Positions 15,785 through 28,992 of a stretch of DNA of 64,000 nt are shown piece by piece. The notes under the pieces were generated by a model. It was given only the letters and a program-made list of their open reading frames with translations, did not search any database and was not told the DNA's origin. The translations under genes were made by a program, and so were the position numbers. The stretch is from Camelus dromedarius (Eukaryota): assembly GCF_036321535.1 (NCBI RefSeq), contig NC_087437.1, positions 80,540,001 to 80,604,000 of the forward strand. The letters are read 5' to 3'. Position 1 is the stretch's first letter. Every line of letters starts with the position of its first letter.

Positions 15785-16578
15785 TATATCAGAGTATTCT
15801 GTTCTTCTTGACAAGGTCTGCCCTCAAGAAAAACTATGTGTTTTACCAGAGCCTCATCTCTTGGGGTTTTATCAGAGTCTAACCAAACTAGGGTAAGGGA
15901 CAAACTCAGCTCCGGCCCATGCTAACCATTCCACCCAACTGAAGGACTGAAGGTAGGACTAAGAAGCAATTTTGAAGTTCTAGGCCCACTAAAGGACTGA
16001 GAAACCTAAGGCTGTAAAGCACTTCGCCTCCCTCACACCTCACCACCACACCACCGCGAGCCAATTTACTGGAGTTCATTTTACCCAGTACATCACAGCC
16101 AGCTTTCAACAAAAAATTACAAGATATACTAAAACATAGTTTGAAAACATAGATCAAATATCAGAACCAGACTCAGATATGGCAAGGATGTAAGAATAAT
16201 CAGACTAGGAATTTAAAACAACTGTGATTTAAGACAACATGCAAGAACGAATGGGCAATGTAAAGACAGAGATAAAAATTCCAAGAAAGAATCAATAAGA
16301 ACTGTCAGGCAGAGCAGAGAGGATTTTTAAGGAAGGGAAAATACTCTGTATGATATTATAACGACTGGCAGATATCCTTGTACATTTGTCCAAACCCACA
16401 AAATGCACAACACCAAGAGTGAATCCTAAAGTAAATATGGACCTTGGGTGATCATGATGTGTCAATGGAGGGTCATCCTTGGTAAAAAAAATGTACCATT
16501 CTGGTGAGTGATGATAGTAACGGGGAGGCCATGCATGTGTAGAGGCAGGAAGCATATGGTGAGTCCTTGTGATCCTCC

Positions 16579-17220
16579 TGCAGTGAAAGCCCCGTCAGTT
16601 GGCTTTTCTTTTCTGTAAGGCAAGTGCCTGACTTTCGCTGCCAAGACACCCACACGACTAGGTAAAGAGCCAGGCTCTCCCCTTGCCTCCAAGGCTTCTT
16701 TGATTTAGAGATCCTGGCTGACCTAAGTGATCATTTGGGCTGCTTGTTTTTCTCTTCCCATGCTTTAAGCTCCCACTCCTATGTTTTAAATTCACCAGTA
16801 AAGAGTAAATCCATGAAACCTGAGACCCCCTCCCTTGACCCCATTAAAAGCAGAACCCCGGGCCCATGCTCTCTTTTTCTCTACCCATAACCTTGCTAGG
16901 TGGCTTCAGGCTTGCCATTACCCGCCAGGACCGATGAGTAATAAACCCTGATCTTTTTTTCAGAGTTTCCTGATGGTTATTGCTGAGGACATCTTGCAAT
17001 CATAATAAGAACCACAAAGGTGGGGGAGGGTATAGCTCAAGTGGTAGAGTGCATGCTTAGTATGCATGAGGTCCTACGTTCAATCCCCAGTACTTCCTCC
17101 AAGAATAAATAAATAAGTAAACTTAATTATACCTCCCAACCAAACAAAAAAAAAAAAGAACCACAAGGGCCGGTCCAGCCACAACATTGGTTATTGACAG
17201 GCTGAGACAGACACAGAACA
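16579..17220 (+). mobile_element. Solo LTR inserted in an L1 3' end, itself carrying a SINE
   Basis: TG...CA termini, flanks cctcc/cttcc, AATAAA at ~16940. L1 3' sequence resumes at 17221. Confidence 0.65.
17022..17155 (+). mobile_element. tRNA-derived camelid-type SINE (Vic-1-like)
   Basis: A/B boxes (TAGCTCAAGTGG; GTTCAATCC), A-rich tail, TSD aagaaccacaa(a/g)gg at 17007-17020 and 17156-17169. Confidence 0.9.
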
Positions 17221-17269
17221 CTTCCTCTCAATTTTGTTGTAAACATAAAATTTCTCTTAAAAAAATTAC

Positions 17270-17828
17270 TTGACTGGATAAAGAAGTTGTGAGATATATA
17301 CACACACACACAATGGAATACTACTCAACCATAAAAAAGAATAAAATAACACCATTTGCAGCAACATGGATGGAACTGGAGATCATTCTAAGCCAGAAAG
17401 AGAAAGAAAAATACCATATTGTATCACTTATATGTGGAATCTAGGGGGAAAAAAAGTAAGACACAAATGAACTTATTTACAAAACAAAAACAGACTCATA
17501 GACATAGAAAACAAATTTACAGTTCCAGGGTGGGTAGGGGGTGGGAAGGGATAAATTGGGAGTTTGAGATTTGCAGATACTAACTACTATATATAAAATA
17601 GATAAACAACAAGTTTATACTTTATAGCACAGGGAACTATATTCAATATCTTGTAGTAACCTATGAGAAAGAACATGAAAAGGAATATATGTATGTATAT
17701 GGATGACTGAAATATATATAATACATAAATATATATGTATATGTATGACATACACATATGAATGTGTATATATGCTGTACAACAGAAATTGACACATTGT
17801 AACTCACTGTACTTCAATTTAAAAAAAG
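17270..17828 (+). mobile_element. LINE-1 3' end
   Basis: caatggaatactactca...gcaacatggatggaactgga, then L1 3'UTR motifs ending acttcaatttaaaaaaa. Confidence 0.85.
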
Positions 17829-18214
17829 CTCCAAATGGACAAAGAAAAAAAGATTATTAAAATAAAAAAGAATCAATCCATAGAGTGTACGTTAGACTTA
17901 ATTACAGTTAGAGCAATAAAACTAAAGATTATAAAACCTGATGATGCAAAAGAAATATGATAGCTAACAGAGGTCAAATGTAAAATAACGCAGGAGCATT
18001 TTTTTTCTTCCTCACTTACAGGAAGGTGTTAAGATGTACTATCTATCTAGGAAAAGGAAAGGCCTAAATACAGTATCTAAAGTGCAGAAATAAAATAATT
18101 TTACAAATTTTGGAAGGAGAAATGTGTGACAAAGTGTGAGTTACCAGAAGACCTCACTTTTCATTACCTTAACTGGAGCAGTATTATCAACTCATATCTA
18201 TTAAGCACCCAGTG

Positions 18215-18425
18215 CCGGACACTCTTTGAAGGACTTTACATAAGTCTTTCAATACAACATTCAAATTATCCCATGAGATAAGTCCTATTATTATGTCCAT
18301 TTTATAGACCAGAAAACTGAGGCAGAGAATGGCTTAATAATTTGCTCAAGGTCACATAGGTTACAAGCAGCAAAACAGATTGAAACCCAGCAGTCTGACT
18401 TCAGGTCTGTGTTCTTAACCACCCA
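18215..18425. mobile_element. MIR SINE
   Basis: Core ccattttatagaccagaaaactgaggcagag...tttgctcaaggtcaca. Confidence 0.75.
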
Positions 18426-18651
18426 CACTTCACTGCCTGGTGTAGAACAGTCAGGAGGTAGAGTGTGAAGGTGACAAATCAAGATAGAACTATGTAATGT
18501 GTAATCAGTGCTAACTACCCAAATAACTAAAAACTGGCCATTACATCAAAGAAACAGCACTAAGAGTGAAGACTGGGGAGGGAATTCAATTAGGTACTTA
18601 ATGCCACTCTATTCTTTGAAGTGTTTTATATTTTTCATTCACTACTTTCTT

Positions 18652-19453
18652 TTTTTTTTTTTTTAACATTTTTTATTGATTTATAATCATTTTACAATGT
18701 TGTGTCAAATTCCAGTGTTCAGCACAATTTTTCAGTTATTCATGGACTTATACACACTCGTCACATTTTTTTCTCTGTGAGTTATCATAACATTTTGTGT
18801 ATATTTCCCTGTGCTATACAGTGTAGTCTATTCTACAATTTTGAAATCCCAGTCTATCCCTTCCCACCCTCCACCCCCCGGTAACCACAAGTCTGTATTC
18901 TCTGTCTGTGAGTCTATTTCTGTCCTTTATTTACGCTTTGTTTTTGTTTGTTTGTTTGTTTTTGTTTTTGTTTTTTAGATTCCACATATGAGCGATCTCA
19001 TATGGTATTTTTCTTTCTCTTTCTGGCTTACTTCACTTAGAATGACATTCTCCAGGAGCATCCATGTTGCTGCAAATGGCATTATGTTGTCAGTTTTTAT
19101 GGCTGAGTAGTATTCCATTGTATAAATATACCACCTCTTCTTTATCCAGTCACCTGTTGATGGACATTTAGGCTGTTTCCATGTTTTGGCTATTGTAAAT
19201 AGTGCTGCTATGAACATTGGGGTGCAGGTGTCATCCTGAAGTACATTTCCTTCTGGATACAAGCCCAGGAGTGGGATTCCTGGGTCATATGGTAAGTCTA
19301 TTCCTAGTCTTTTGAGGAATCTCCACATTGTTTTCCATAGTGGCTGCACCAAACTGCATTCCCACCAGCAGTGTAGGAGGGTTCCCCTTTCTCCACAGCC
19401 TCTCCAGCATTTGTCATTTGTGGATTTTTGAATGATGGCCATTCTGACTGGTG
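18652..19453 (-). mobile_element. Young 5'-truncated LINE-1 (ORF2 C-terminus, 3'UTR, polyA)
   Basis: Uninterrupted 160-aa ORF2 C-terminus ([11 protein letters not shown]...[18 protein letters not shown]...), poly-T tract, perfect 17-bp TSD tcattcactactttctt at 18635-18651 and 19454-19470. Confidence 0.95.
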
Positions 19454-19529
19454 TCATTCACTACTTTCTTAATAAACAGAAGGACAGATGAACAAATGGA
19501 TGGGAAAAAGAGTTATGTACCTGCAAAAT

Positions 19530-21700
19530 TGTAATTTGTAAGAAATGTATGTTTGGTCTTCATCTATAGTTCCTGGCTCACAGCTCCCAAAACCCTTTGA
19601 ATTTCCTCAGTGATAAGAGCAATGGGAGCATCTTTGGCTGTAACATTCGGTTTTCTGTTCTCAGTTCCTGAAAACACTTTCAGAGCCTAAAGGGGAAATG
19701 GATGTCTTGTTATTCATAACAAGCTCCTTTCTACCACAACTGGGTTTATGTTAATGAGGTAGCTTTTGGAAAGCATCTGAGGATGGGGGCTGATTGTCAG
19801 GGGAACCAACCTTGATTAGAGGGTTGGAACTTTCAGTCCCACCCCTGACCTCCAGGAAAAGGAGAGTGGCTGGAGGCTGAATCAACCACCAATGGCCAAT
19901 GACTTAATCAATTGTGCCTAAGGAATGAAGCCTCCATAAAAACCCAAAAGGATGGGGTTTGGAGAGCTTCCAGGTTGATGAACATATGGAGATTCAAGGA
20001 GGGTGGCTCACTCAGAGCATGGAAGCTCCCCACATACCTTGTTCTACACATCTCCTCCATCTGGCTGTTCCAGACTTATTGCTTTTTAAAATAAACCAGG
20101 AATCGTGTAAGTAAAATGTTTCTCTGATTTCTGTGAGCTGCTCTAGAAAATTAACTGAAGCCAAGGCAGGAGCCATTGGAACCTCTGGTCTATAGACAGT
20201 CAGTCAGAAGCACAGGTGACAACCTGGAATTACGACTGGCATCTGCAGGGGCAGGCTTGGGGGAGTCTTGTAGGACTGAGCCTTAACCTGTGGGACCTGA
20301 CGCTGTCTCCAGATAGACAGTGTTGTTACCAAACCAAACTTGGGTCCACTTGCCTGAGCACAGTAAAGCCAGTCTTTTCAGTGGCTTGTGGGGAAGGAAA
20401 GGGCAGTGTTTATCGTAAGGTGCCAACAAGGAGTCCAGGGCAACTAATGCTCAAAAACACTAAGACTCCTGAATGCTTGTCAGGAGAGCACTTCTGAAGG
20501 CAAGGTGAGGAGGGGAGTCACAGGGTATGTGACCCGCTCGTGCACAGTGCCCTGACTGGTTGATGGCAAGGTAACAGGGTGGTGTCACAGGGATTAATGT
20601 TATCAATCCTCAGGCTCCAGTAGATCTGGGGGCTATGTGCTCATGGTCATCAAGTAGTTAATTTCTTCCATTTGGTGGGGATTTTAGCATCTGTAAAACA
20701 ACTTAGGAAATGGGCATCAGATATTGCTACCTACATACTTCAGGCAGGAACTAAATATTCTGTGACTGCCCTATGGCTGACTAACTGTTTCCCTTGTTAC
20801 CAGTTCTCCTGGCCCAACTGCTACTTTTTCACTACACATTCACATCCTTTCAATCATTAATTCTTGAGCCAGGCTTTCGTGACTCAGGGGAGGCTTAGGA
20901 GACTATAGCTTTCCTACAAATGAGAGGCAGGCAGAGGACACGGGGGTGTTAGAGCAGGCAGGTAACTAGGTATGAGCAGAGAAAGAGGGCCACAGGACAA
21001 ATGGCAGGAAACCATACATCCTGTAAACAACAGGGGGTCCTTGGACAGAGAGAGAAACCTAGGAACCTCTAGACTAATACAAAAGCACACATTTTGGGAT
21101 GATGAGTGTCCTGGAGGCAGATGAAGAAGGGTGGGAAAAGATGGGAATCTCTAGCGTTTGAACGTAACCTTTTGTTCGTTATGCCCTCATTACAATAAAA
21201 TTAGCCCCGTAGGTTAGAAGTACCCATCACGTACCAACACCATGACACTTCTGATCCAGACTAAATGAGGACAAAAATCCCTCTTCCCCTCAGGAAGATG
21301 GAGCTGGGATAAAAATCAAAGATACGATCCCAAACCCCTCTCTCCTCAGTGAATATCCCACTTATTCATTTTTACACCCCATGTAACCAGCTTGCCAAAG
21401 AAACTCAGCAGAGCTGCTCACCTGGGTTTGCCCACTCTCCCCTTGAGAGCATCCTATCACTTAATAAATCCTTGCTTTGCTTTCTTGGCCTCTGCACCTT
21501 ATCTCTGAATTCTTTCTGCTACGAGGCAAAAACCTACTCTCCAGTAACAGGGGGAGGGGTCTGTCCCGTGAAGGCCCCATAAGGTCCTGCTTGGCTACAG
21601 TGTCAGAACTGAGTTGAATCATAGGTTGCTCTGCCAGTGTCCAAGAATTGCCTGGTGGTGTGAAAAAAATGCTTCCTCCACACATTGGTACTGGTTGCAG
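19530..21700 (+). mobile_element. MER21-like LTR interrupted by two nested solo LTRs
   Basis: MER21-like sequence breaks at 20323 and resumes at 21600. Inner LTRs at 20324-21599 and 20947-21549. Confidence 0.75.
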
Positions 21701-22100
21701 AAGCTTTTGGGTACCTAACCCAGGAAACTCTTATCTTACATTACACAATAAGTTAAATTGCAAGGGAGAACAACAGCAAGGCAAAACCGAAAGTCACTCT
21801 CCTCAATAAACAGTATTAGCCATTACAAACCACTTAAGCAAGGCTTCAGGCTCCCCATCTATGCCAAACCACTTCAAAATCCTATACAAGGTAAACATAA
21901 TCCCAAAGTAAAAATAATCCCAAAATACAGAAAGATTTTTAATGATCTTCTTAGATTCTGTATCTTATCCCTTTCATTTTATACTTACATCCAGACACTC
22001 TCAATTGAAAGAATTTGATTAGGTATCCTCATTTTAAAGGAATACATAGTAGTATTTGTTCATTAAAAAGGGTAATAATGACTTTGAAAATTTTCCTCTA

Positions 22101-24496
22101 GAAGAGCTGACCTCAGCATCATGACGTGGCATAAGACACTCCTCCTTTTCTGTTTCCCTTTTTAACAACAAATTAGGCACCCATCCACAAACAGAAGTGC
22201 CTCTGTGGGAACCGTGGGATCCCGCACCATGCACCAAGGGGCCTAGGAGGACTCTCAGCCACATGTGTATCTGCTAATAGATAAAAGGTAAGTGCAGACT
22301 GCAGAGCCAGTGACCTCGCCCCAACCCCTCTTGGCCACAGTCAGGGAAAACCTGGAGTGTGCTGACCAACAAGCGAGAAAGAAGTTTTGGAAATCTAGCC
22401 TTCCAAAAGGGAAATTCCAGAAAGGAAAAAAAAAAACAAAAAACAGGTTTGGATGCAATGGAGAGGGTAAGAGGAACTTTGCCAGCACTGTCGCTCCCCC
22501 AACATAACAAGCCCAGGGCTGAATCATCCAGCAGCATCCTCTCCCAAGAGGGAAAAGGAGAGTGGTGAGTTAGTGTCCAGCTACCCCCATTCAGAGAAAC
22601 CCATTTAACTCCAGCAGCACCCAGAGGACTTTAGTGGGACCTCCAAGACTGGTGGGAGGGAAGAGACCAGGAAAGAGGCAGATAAGAATAACAAAGGGCA
22701 TTGAAGGCACACAGTCCCTGCTAACTGCGTTCAGGACTTTAGCAGGAAATCCACCCATGAGCCTGTGGGAGAACCTCACCCAACAATCTCCCCACAGAGC
22801 CCACCAGCACCCCCAACACCCTGAGTGCTAAATCCACACCTCCTCCCATTCTGCAACCAGCTCTTTGTGTATGCTCCCACATGAGGCAGCAGGTGAGACT
22901 GCTAAACAGAGCACTATCAGAAAAACAGACCAGGATCTGTGGGCAAGGGAGAAACACAAACTTGAGCTATAGTACCACCTTCTGGAAAACAAAAGATTAT
23001 CAGCAGCCAGCCTGTTGGGGTGTAAAAACCAGAGGAGACATGAAAGTTTGAGAACTGTGCCACTAGAAAAAGAAAGATATATGAAGCAGGTATACCCATA
23101 CAAGGGCAGAAAAAACAGACATAATAGGACTGATGAACAGTTTACCTAGTAAGATATGAAGAGGTGTCTGCTACTTCAGATGTGAAAGCAGCAACACAAA
23201 ACCACAAGGAACATAAAGAATCAAGGAAGCATGTCATCACCAAAAGGTAACAATAATCCTCCAATAACCAAGCTCTAAGGTACAGAACTTAGCGACCCAG
23301 ATGAGAAAGAATTCAAGATAATTACTGAGAAACTCAGTAAGCTACAACAAAACATGGACAAACAATTCAATGAAATATATGAACAAAACCAGAAATTTAC
23401 AAAGAGACAGAAATCATAAAGAATAAGGCAATGAAATTCTAGAGCTGAAAAATTCAATGAATAAAATAAAAAATGCAACATAGAGCATCTACAGCAAGGG
23501 AGATCAAATGGAAGACAGAATAAGTGAGCTGGAGGACAGGAACTTTGAAATAAACCAATCAGAAGATAACACAGACAAATAGAATGAAAAAGAGCTTAGA
23601 AAGCCCATATGATCCATAAGACACCACCAAACATACACATATTAGTATACTCAGGGTTTGAGAAAGGAAAAGAGGGACAGAGAGTTTAAAGAAATAACAG
23701 AGAACTTTCCAAACCTAGGGATATACTTGGACAACCAAATTCAAGAAGCTAGTAGATCATCCTATTATCTCTATGCAAAAAGACCTTCTCCAATTCACAT
23801 TATAATGAAACTGTCAAAAAAAAAAAAAAAAAAAAACAAGGATAAAGAGAATCCTAAAAGCATCCAAAGGAAAAAAGATTGTAATCTACAAAAGAATGCC
23901 CATTAGGCTATCAGTAGATTTCTAAGCAGAAACTCTACAAGCCAGGAGAGAGTGGAATGACATATCCCAAGTGTTGAAAGAAAAAAAATTGCCAACCAAG
24001 AATACTCTACCCAGAAAAGTTATCCTTCAGAATATTATGTTAAGTAAGATGAGTCAGACAGGGAAGACAAATACTGTATACCACTTAGATGTGGAATCTA
24101 AAAAAGCTGAACTTGTAAAAACAGAGAGTAGAATGGTGACCGCCAGGGGCTGGGGGATTGGGGAATGCGAGATATTGTTTAAGGGTACAACTTGCAACTA
24201 GTAGATAAATAGTCCTGGAGATCTAATGCACAGCATAGTGATTATAGTCAACAACACTGTACTGTTGTGTTGATATAAATACAGTAAGTTTATGTAATAA
24301 ACTTCAAAGTTGCTAAGAGATAAGATCTTAGTTGTTCTCACCATAAAAAGAAATGATAATTAAGTGATGTGATAAGTATTAGCTAACACTATGGGGGTAA
24401 TCATATTTCAATATATAAATGTACCAAATCAACACATTGTACACCTTAAACTTATACAACATTATATGTCTATTACATCTCAATTTTTTAAGAACA
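22101..24496 (+). mobile_element. Old LINE-1: 5'UTR and ORF1 remnant joined to the extreme 3' end
   Basis: ORF1-like peptides (FKEITENFPNL...RPSPIHIIMKLSK). Abrupt switch at ~24030 to ORF2-terminal/3'UTR sequence. Degenerate TSD. Confidence 0.75.
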
Positions 24497-27400
24497 GAAA
24501 AATTTCCCTTACCTACTGATTATCTTTTAGGAAATATTCCAGCCTCCCTCTCCTTTTCAGTTGTGAGGCTATGACCAACCATTAAGAACCAAACCACACT
24601 ATGCACTCACAACATACTCCCTTCTCCTTCCTATCTTTTTCCTCTCTTCTTCTCCCACTGTCACTCATGTTCCTTTCGTGGCCACCCAGCTACCAATTCA
24701 AGACCAGCAGCCTGACCCATGCAACCCAATCCAAGAATAATCAGACACTTGGTGCTAAGTCACCTGAATTTTACTTGGAAAAAAATGCAAACGGGTCAAT
24801 TTGCTTAATTTTCCTAAATGACAACTCTATTCTAGGCCAGTGACAAGGGCAACTTCAAGTCTGCTATCTTTTTAGATTCACAACCAAGAGGAAACACCGA
24901 CGGTCACCCCTGGAGTCACTGTAAGGCATGGACTAAAGTGAATATTGTGATTGCCTGTCCCACATTCATTTCACTCCTCGCCTACTGAAAACCAGCACTG
25001 CAGCTTACTGACCTGTCAGCTCAGGGGTGGGCCTGACTGATGAGAGGATAATCCCAAGTGACTGATTCAGGAATGGGCCTGTGACCCAATTCTGGACTAC
25101 AAAAAATGCATGCAGCCAAATCCAGACACCATCAGTACTCTGGTAACAGCTATCTGACTTCTACTTTGAAATAAAAAAATGCAAGTAACTTGTGAGAAGG
25201 TTTTGACAGAACAAATGTGTCTCTCAAGCTGGATATGTACAAGAAAGCAACCACCCGTTGTTATGGCAGCAACCTACAATCCAACGAAGAAAGAAGATGC
25301 CATAGATAAAAGCTAACGCACAAAAGAGGGCGCAGCTGAGACTTACAGAGAAACAGAGCCTGAATATGCCCAACACAGCAAAATGAACTATGCCCAGCCT
25401 CCTATTCTATTCTATTCTAAATGAACAATATTCCTTAACACTAAAGCCAGATTGAATCAGGTTCTTTACTTGCAGCCAAAAGCCCTAATACACTGGTATT
25501 ATTTTTATAATGAGAAAAAAAATATGTATTTAAAATATCAATGAATAAAGAGAAGACAAATAAATACAGGTCATGCTCAATGAGAGCTTACCAGAAAAAT
25601 AATAGATGATTCTCCCTACAATCTTTTGCTAATAGTAACACATATACCTTCTCCTCATATGTGTTTTCCCCCACCATGGTTTCAACCTGCATCACTCTAT
25701 CTCCACTTCCATCATCACATCACCTCCATTTTCTTGCCACTCTCTGATAAGGACCCAGGTGATTACATTGGGCCCACTCAGATCATCCTGGATAATATCC
25801 CTATCTCAAGATCCTTAACTTAATCTTGTCTGCACAATCTCTTTTATCAGATAAGTTAACATATTTGCAGGTTCTGGGAATTGAAACATTGACATCTTTG
25901 GAGGGCTTACTCAGCCTACTATATATACCAACATGACAACAAATCCTTTACATTCAGAGACTTTTAGAAATTCACAAATCTGTGAATTCACTGTAGTAAG
26001 TGTTCTATTCACAATCATCTAACTAGGGAGGTTTTGCTTGTTCATGGGTTTTATTTGTTCCTCTACTCATCTAACTGAATTTGACTAAATCTTAGGAAAT
26101 ACGGGGATTTTTGTGTGATACATTTGAGATGGGGCAGATGAGATGTCTTAGGATTTGTATTTTTTAAAAGCCCCATGAATTATTTTCAATTTATTCAAAT
26201 TTCATTTAAAAATATTTATTAATGTTTTAGAGGCTGAAAAAATTAAAATATCTAACCACATTTTATGTTGGAAAACTAAAAATTTAATAGTCATGACAAA
26301 CGAAGTATTTCTTAAACTGCAAAAATCTCCATACATACAATATGAAGGAGACTAACTTAAAGCATGAGATAAGGAAACAAAAATGTGAAGGAGACCTGTT
26401 ACCAATGGAAAGAATACTTGCCATGTTTAGCATTGTTTGTTTTGTTTGTTTATCTTAACCAACTCTGAATTTGGCACATCTGAAAATGCTTTCTCTCCCC
26501 TCACCACCTGTGAAGGTTAATCTTCGTATGTGATATTTTTAATTAAAATTGAGCCTGTGCTTTTTAGAAAATGCTTGGATACTCTAATTGCAAGATGAGT
26601 ATAGTCAGGATAAGAAGCACAGGATGAAACAAAGGTAAAGGATGGGAGACTGCCAGGTTTCAGAGCCTTTCCCACTCCCTACTCCTCACCCCAAGCCTCT
26701 ATCAGTTATCATAACAGTAATAAACTGAACAACCTAAAAATCATGACAATATTGTCAGCCTGGACAAGATGACCTCTTTAGACAAGAGAAAACATTTTAC
26801 CACCAAAAGATTTATTTATTATTTTCTATATCAAAATTGTCCTCCATCATTTATTACTGCTACCTCCCTTCTCCATTATTGTTCAGTTTATGTCTGTGCA
26901 GGTAACTAGAGGTGCTGTTAGCTGACATTCAGTCCAGAAGTTTCCAAGAACTGAAGCAGGACCATTAGGGGAATTCCTAACAATAATTCCTAACATGCCT
27001 TCACGACTCTGGTCTACCCTCTCAAGTCTCTCTGTCTCCCTTTTCTATCCCTTCACCCATCCTACACTAACAACTATCTTCTCTGTTCTTACACCCAGGC
27101 TGTTGAACGTGGTGAACAAAACATAACCCTCACAAAGCCAACATAGGTGAGTGCCACGTACACGTATGGTCTCGAAAGTCATTACCCCTCTTACCATCCT
27201 GCAAGGTCAGCGCCATCTCCCACCCCTGTTCTTTCAAGCCCCTGCGTACAGACCTCCTGGCCTTCACCCTCCCTTCATCTTCCACCTCCTCCACAGGCAG
27301 GAACTCCCTCAGAGTCTTAGCTTCCAGCATCAAATATAACTACATTGCCAACCATCATGACATCCTTTCCTCTTAGGTCAGAGGAAGAAGCATGGCTCCT

Positions 27401-28676
27401 CCAACATAATTAATGATGAAATGATAACAAGAACATTCATGATGTACCATGTCCCTCATCCTACAGTTACATGCTCCATTTGTGCTCTGGATCCCATCCT
27501 CTCCTCCCCACCTTGGTCCAGTAATCCTCCTCTCCAGCTTTTCTACTCTTTCCCCCAAATTCACTGCAAAAGAAACAGTGAGATTTACCTTCCACCTGAA
27601 ACACTGGACACCAGACAACAAAAGAAAATGATGCCTGAAAGATGGGAAATAAAGGCAGTATCCCCATGATTGAATGCCCTTTGCCTACAGCCTTAAGAGC
27701 ATCTCCAGGCTGCAGCATAAGGAGGGGAACCCAGGTGGAGCCTGGTGAACTGGCTATGTTGAGGAGATGGGGCTGGGAGTCTTAAAGGGCAAGCTGACCA
27801 GAACCCACAGAGCAGAGTAACAGGAGGAGAGAGCAGCACAGAGAGAACTCAGGAGATCTACAGAGGGTTCCGCTCCAACATTCAGCAGAGTAGTAAAGAG
27901 CGTGTGTGTGTAAAGAAACTCCTAGAGGCTGGCGAAAGAACCACCTGAATGCAGGAAAGAGAACAGTAACCTGAGCTCCCACAGGGCTGGGATGTTTAGG
28001 GGACACAATCAATCAGTCTACTGCAAAATCCAGTAAGCAAAGAAATACCATCATGAAGTTGGACCTGTAACCTGAGAAGTACCACAAGCCAACAAAATAA
28101 AAGGGGCAGCATCATTTTATACAGAAACTACTTCACAGCTTTTGGTGATGTGTGTGTTCATGCAGGGAATGGCAGAGAGGGGGAAGGGGACTACTACTAA
28201 GGGCCTTCTTAGTGCCAGGCACCTGTGAGGGTTCAGTAAGACACAGCCCCTGCCCCTGAGTTCCACACAGTAGTCCTCAAAACAGACCCATCGTCAACTC
28301 CTGCCCCTGAAATACTCCTTCAATTTCTGCCAGGAGTGAGCTAAAAGGTCCCCTCCTTGAAAGGGCTTTCCTTCACCACTCTAAAGGTACTCGAGGGTAA
28401 CCCACTTTCCTTTCGCTACAGCACTTCTCACTTACTATTACTATATTATAGATTATGATTACTTATTACTCTTATTTTCTCCCATGCACATTTGGAATAT
28501 GAGCTCCACAGTGAAGAAACCACTGCACCCTTGGTGACTAGCACAGTATATAACCATTGAAGGCACTCAAATACTTATTTAAAGAAAACAAGAACTATGA
28601 CTGGGATGAGTTTCCTGATGATCAACATTTTCTTGGCTAGTTAGCCCCAAATCCCTAGATTTGGTTCCCTTAGTCA

Positions 28677-28992
<316 letters not shown>

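Noticed and set aside
17022..17095. tRNA-like sequences here and at 50556, 58631 and 62083
   Set aside because: They have A-rich tails, TSDs and degenerate stems, so they are SINEs rather than tRNA genes.
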